A stretch of DNA of 63,536 nucleotides, filler included, from Olpidium bornovanus S191 (Eukaryota > Fungi > Olpidiomycota): the NCBI GenBank assembly GCA_017911155.1. It is 26 parts of 26 records of this genome, joined end to end, with 100 filler letters (N's around TTAATTAATTAA, not from the genome) between each part and the next. Parts side by side here need not be neighbours in the genome. Positions count along the whole stretch, not along the records: positions 58,121 to 59,477 come from JAEFCI010003002.1; positions 59,578 to 61,986 come from JAEFCI010001806.1; positions 62,087 to 63,536 come from JAEFCI010011096.1; 23 more parts are not named here. One strand, 5' to 3'. Every line of letters begins with the position of its first letter. Position 1 is the stretch's first letter. Under the pieces are notes generated by a model. That model was not told where the DNA came from, ran no database searches, and saw only the letters and a program-made list of their open reading frames with translations. Made by a program: the position numbers and the translations under genes. Positions 59,366 through 63,536 of the stretch are shown here, in pieces.

Positions 59366-59577
59366 GTGTGCGCGCGTGTGTGCACCACGGCGCGGTTTGA
59401 AGAAGAATAAGCAAAAGCGCTTCAGCCGTCGCGCGATTCCGCCAACGGACGTAGGAAACGCGTTCCCCGGCGCAAAANNNNNNNNNNNNNNNNNNNNNNN
59501 NNNNNNNNNNNNNNNNNNNNNTTAATTAATTAANNNNNNNNNNNNNNNNNNNNNNNNNNNNNNNNNNNNNNNNNNNN

Positions 59578-59616
<39 letters not shown>

Positions 59617-59619
<3 letters not shown>

Positions 59620-61125
59620 CTCGCCGAAGCGTCCTCCGCCGCCGACTTGTGCTGCCGCCTGCTGACCCAGGGGACCCTGCCGCGTGAACCCCGCCGCCCC
59701 CCCAGGAAGCCCGCCGTCGTCACCCTGCGGAAGCCCGAGCCTCCGCCGGTCGACGGGATCCTCGTGCCGGCCGGCGGCGGGGAAAAAGGGGCAAAGCCTC
59801 TCGCTGCCGCCGTTGTCCCGATGTCGCCCTCGGCGGCGTCCTCGTCGTCCTGCTCCTCGAGCGGCTTGGAACCGGACTCCGCCGGGTCGTCGTGCTCGGC
59901 TTACACCGCGAGTTCGGCCTCGACCGAAGCGGCGGCCTCCGAGCCGCAGAGCCCGCCGCCGGCGGCGGCGCCCGCAACGGCGTCACCGCCCCGCGGGGCG
60001 AGCTTCTCGGCGGATCTGCTCGATCGCTTCCGGGCGGCCTTGGTCGAGATCCTCCTGGAGCGCTGCCGGTCGTCCCGCTGGGACCCGCGGTACCCGATGC
60101 TGGGCAACGCGTACAGGGCCATCTCGTGCTTCTCGCCCGGATGCAGTATGGACCAAGCGCTCCTCCGGGCCGCCGAGGAGGCCGGCCTCGGCGCCGACGT
60201 GCTCCGCGAGTGTCTCCCGAAGGACTTTATCATCTGGGTGAGTGTCAAAAAAAAAAAAAAAACAGAAAAATCTGTGCCTCGGTGCAGCCGCCTTACGAGA
60301 GTAGACGCTCGCTCCGTCGTGTCACCGGACGCGCGGTTTTTTGCGGCTTTTTCTGCGGGCCCGGTTTTCATGTCGACCGCGGTCGTGCTGACGGCGAACT
60401 GTCCCTCTCTTCTCGTCGCTCCCGCGGCCGTTCCTTCCCCCCCCCCCACCCGACCCCGCCAGATCGACCCCGGCAGCGTCTCGTACCGAGTGGGCGACCA
60501 CGGCGCGACTGTGACCCTGATGGACCAAGGCCGCGTCATCCCGCCGACGACGACTCCGCCCTCGGCCGCGCTCGCGGTGCGCTCCCCCTCCGCCGGCCAG
60601 CCGTCCAGGCAGCAGCCGCTGCTCGCGCCGGGGTCGTCGGCGGCCGCCGGGTTCCCGTTTTTGCCGAGCCCGCAGCCGCAGGCCAAGCGGGCGAACCCGT
60701 ACGCCGCGCCGCCCCGCGGCGCGAATGTCCCGGCGCCGGCGGGACTTCCGCCGCCGCGGCAACAGCGGCAGCAGCAGCAGCAGGCCGGCGCGTGGCCGGC
60801 GCCGCCCCAGGCCGCCTTCCGGTTTGCGGACTCGCCGCCGCAGGCGGACGTTCGCCTGCAGCAGCTGCTGCAGCTGCTGCAGCAGCAAAGCCTGCACGGG
60901 AAGCCCTCGCAGCCGGCCGCGACGTTCTCCGGCTCGCAGCAACCGTCGGAGGCGATCCCGCAGCAGCTGATGCCGGCGCACCAAGCGCAATTTGGCCTCC
61001 AGGCCCATCATCACCTCGCCGGCATCTTCGTGCAGCCCCAAGCGGTGCCGGTCAAGATCTCGAGCCCGCCGTCGTCGCCGCACCAGCCGGCGTCCAAGCG
61101 CCCCGCGTACATCATGGCCAACTAG
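59617..61125 (+). CDS. BTG/Tob family protein (exons 59617-60237, 60463-61125)
   Basis: MLAEASSAADLCCRLL...LDRFRAALVEILLERCRSSRWDPRYPMLGNAYRAI...DQALLRAAEEAGL...LPKDFIIW|IDPGSVSYRVGDHG matches BTG boxes A and B. Q/P-rich tail. Confidence 0.88.
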
Positions 61126-61661
61126 AGAACGGGGGCTTTCCCTATCTCTCTCTCTCTCCCTCTCTTTTTTTTTTTCCATCCGCGGAACGAGATGTCGCGG
61201 ACACCGCGGCTCCCATCCCCCCCCCCCCCGGCCTCCCCGCCCCGATTTACCCCGCACTCCCTCTTTCTTTTTTTCGCATCAGAACCGTTCATGTTATCAT
61301 GCATTATTGTCCCCTGTTTTTTCTTTTTATCGTTACTTTTTTTTTATGTTCTTATGCTTCTTTTTGCCAATCAGTTTGGTCGCGAACGCTCGGCTCGATC
61401 TCCCCGTTTTGATTTCTCGTCTGTTTTTGTTCGCACTGCGGCCGTAACCGACCCTTCTTTTCTTTTCTTTGGTGTTTTTTTTTGCATTTCTCCGTACGGA
61501 AACATTCGTAAATCCCGCTTTCTTTATTTTGGCCCGCACCGCCGCCAGACGCTTCGTTTGCCGACGCTCCCCGCACGCGCGCGCCGCTCCCGCACACCCA
61601 ATGGCTCCGCTCCGCTCCCCCCCCCCCCCCCCCCGCGCCCCCCCCCCCCCCCCCCCCAACG

Positions 61662-61715
<54 letters not shown>

Positions 61716-61805
61716 ACACACATCTTCCTCGTCGCCCGCCGTCCCCAACATTTTTCCGCCCTCCGGCTAGAGTTTGCACGGCCTTGCGCGATTCACGGTT
61801 TCCGC

Positions 61806-61900
61806 CTTCGCCCAAGGGCAGTCCACCCATCACGGGAAGAAATAAATCTTCGGCTTCGCCCAAAGGACTGTCCACGCATCACGGGAAGAAATGAATCTTT
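61806..61900. repeat. Two-copy 48-bp tandem duplication
   Basis: CTTCGCCCAA(G/A)GG...GTCCAC(C/G)CATCACGGGAAGAAAT(A/G)AATCTT occurs twice. Confidence 0.85.
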
Positions 61901-61946
61901 TTGTTTACTGTTTTTTTTTGGCCGCTCTCGTGTGTCGCCACCGCCG

Positions 61947-61986
<40 letters not shown>

Positions 61987-62244
61987 NNNNNNNNNNNNNN
62001 NNNNNNNNNNNNNNNNNNNNNNNNNNNNNNTTAATTAATTAANNNNNNNNNNNNNNNNNNNNNNNNNNNNNNNNNNNNNNNNNNNNCACTTTTTTTTTTT
62101 TTTTTTTTTTTTTTTTTCCCGCACATCGACTTCAGCCTCCGCCCTCCCGCTCCACTTCCCACTTTCCGGCGCGCGCTCGCCCGCCCGCCCGCCCGCCCGG
62201 TCGGGCTTCCCGGACTCCTCTTGCGTTTGCCCCTCCGGCCGCAG

Positions 62245-63500
62245 ATGGCAGACCCGCTCCTGTCCAAGATACGGCGGCACCTGAATCCTGGCGCCGCAGC
62301 GTCTCCCCCATCGGGCCCCGTGCACGCCGGCGGCTCTTCGTCTGCGCCCCACGTCACCCCCTCCGCCGCCTCCAACGCCGCGAGCCCGACGTTCGCAGGC
62401 GTCTCCAACCTTGCGTCTCCCGCCGGAGCGCCAGGCTTCCCGCTGCAACAGCCGCTGCTGTCGCCGATCCCGAACCTCTTTGGCCTGGTTGATCCGGCCG
62501 CTTTCCCAACCACTTCCTCCGGACCTGCCCGCGCGGCGTCGTCGTTGCTTTCGCCTTCAAGCTTTGTCAACCAGCAGTATAGCCTTTACGGTCACAGCCA
62601 ACCGCCGCGGGCGTTGAACCACTATCGGCCGGTGACGACGCAACCGTTCCAGGATCATGCTCCGGGTTTGCAGCCATCCAAGCTGCATCCGTCGTACGTC
62701 TACGGTCCCACTCTACTGGAGCAACACCAGCAGCAGCAGCCGCAGCTGCTGGACGACCTGCACGAGGGCTGGAGGCAGTTGCGATGGCGAAAGGCCGCAA
62801 ATTTGCAGTCATCACCGCCGACCTCCAGTCGAGGCGCGCCCGCAACGAATGATCAAAGGAAGCGCGGTGCCAGCAGCGCTTTTGCCCAGCTCGGCGGTAA
62901 AGCGTTTGCGCCCGTGCCCCGCGGTTTAGAAGCAAACGATGCTACCAGGACTCCGGAAGGTCATTCCGAGGACGTGCCGGCGGCCGACGAGACCGCAGAG
63001 CGGGGCGACGCGCCCGATTTGCTGTCTAATATTCGGGAAGTGACGCATTTCGCCAGCCGCACCGATCTGCAGAAACAATTGCCAGAACGTGACTACTCTG
63101 CGAACTCTGAAAGCAGCCTCAGCGATCGCTTCCTCAGCGAGAGCGGCAGCAGCGTGACACACAGCCTTGGATGGAGCTCTCCAAGCTGCGGTAGTCGAAG
63201 TCAGGCCTTGGACTATGGCAGCAGCAATCTCAGCATGGTGACGGCGACAACCACGTCTTCGTGGGACGGCCACGAGCATGTATGTATTCCGTCACCTGTC
63301 GAAAAGGGATCGTTGTCAATTCCTGTAATTGTGATCTGGCTTTCGGTGCCGCCTTGAGCTTACCCTTAGATGCGACCAATGCACTAATTTGTTGTAAGTG
63401 CAATAAATCTTTCGTCCGTTTATAATTTTACAGGACTTCGACAAGAAAGCCACTTCGTCCGTGCAGGAGATGCTTGAAGAATTGGAAGCTTATCTTTATG
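62245..63500 (+). CDS. FAM149-like (DUF3719) protein, 5' exons (62245-63279, 63434-~63500)
   Basis: S/P/Q-rich 345-codon exon, GTATGT...TTTACAG intron, giving TSSWDGHEH|DFDKKATSSVQEMLEELEAYLY. This resembles the DUF3719 motif SSW...EFDxxAxxxVxxMFEEIxxxLY as I recall it. Confidence 0.55.
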
Positions 63501-63536
63501 GTGGTGTGTGATTCTTGACGGCGTTGCCGATTCATG

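Noticed and set aside
1-63536. A gene cluster linking FAM92, the kinesin, FAM149 or any genes on different contigs
   Set aside because: Contigs are artificially joined; only adjacency within a contig is informative.

Overview
This window is not one genomic locus. It is 26 short contigs (about 1.1-6.2 kb) joined by 25 artificial 100-nt spacers (N44-TTAATTAATTAA-N44), so adjacency across spacers is not evidence of synteny. The DNA is eukaryotic, GC-rich and intron-rich. Fungal-type genes (an SBF/MBF APSES factor, a Rua1-like domain, Yos9, Atp11, Erv1) occur alongside probable cilium-associated genes (FAM92/CIBAR-like, FAM149-like). This points to a flagellated, early-diverging fungus; an Olpidium/chytrid-like source is my inference only. 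Recognisable, mostly partial, spliced genes are an Mbp1/Swi4/Res-type TF, VMA5, a SANT protein, YOS9, a degenerate kinesin, ATP11, FAM92-like, DCS1, Rua1-like, a DHHC palmitoyltransferase, SEC16, ERV1, MHF1, BRF1, a Methyltransf_22-like protein, one DRS2 exon, a DUF202 protein, BTG/Tob and FAM149-like. Decayed Ty1/Copia, Ty3/Gypsy and PIF1/Helitron-like remnants are also present. The strongest leads are: (1) a Copia-type element with a chromodomain between integrase and RT and a Ty3-like capsid; (2) a tail-to-tail pair of unknown paralogues, one with micro-exons separated by introns that share a palindromic motif; (3) a kinesin with degenerate switch I/II; (4) a possible antisense gene nested in a DRS2 intron; (5) a solo LTR with a 4-bp TSD splitting a Gypsy RT. 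All family calls come from motif recognition by eye; no database searches were run.
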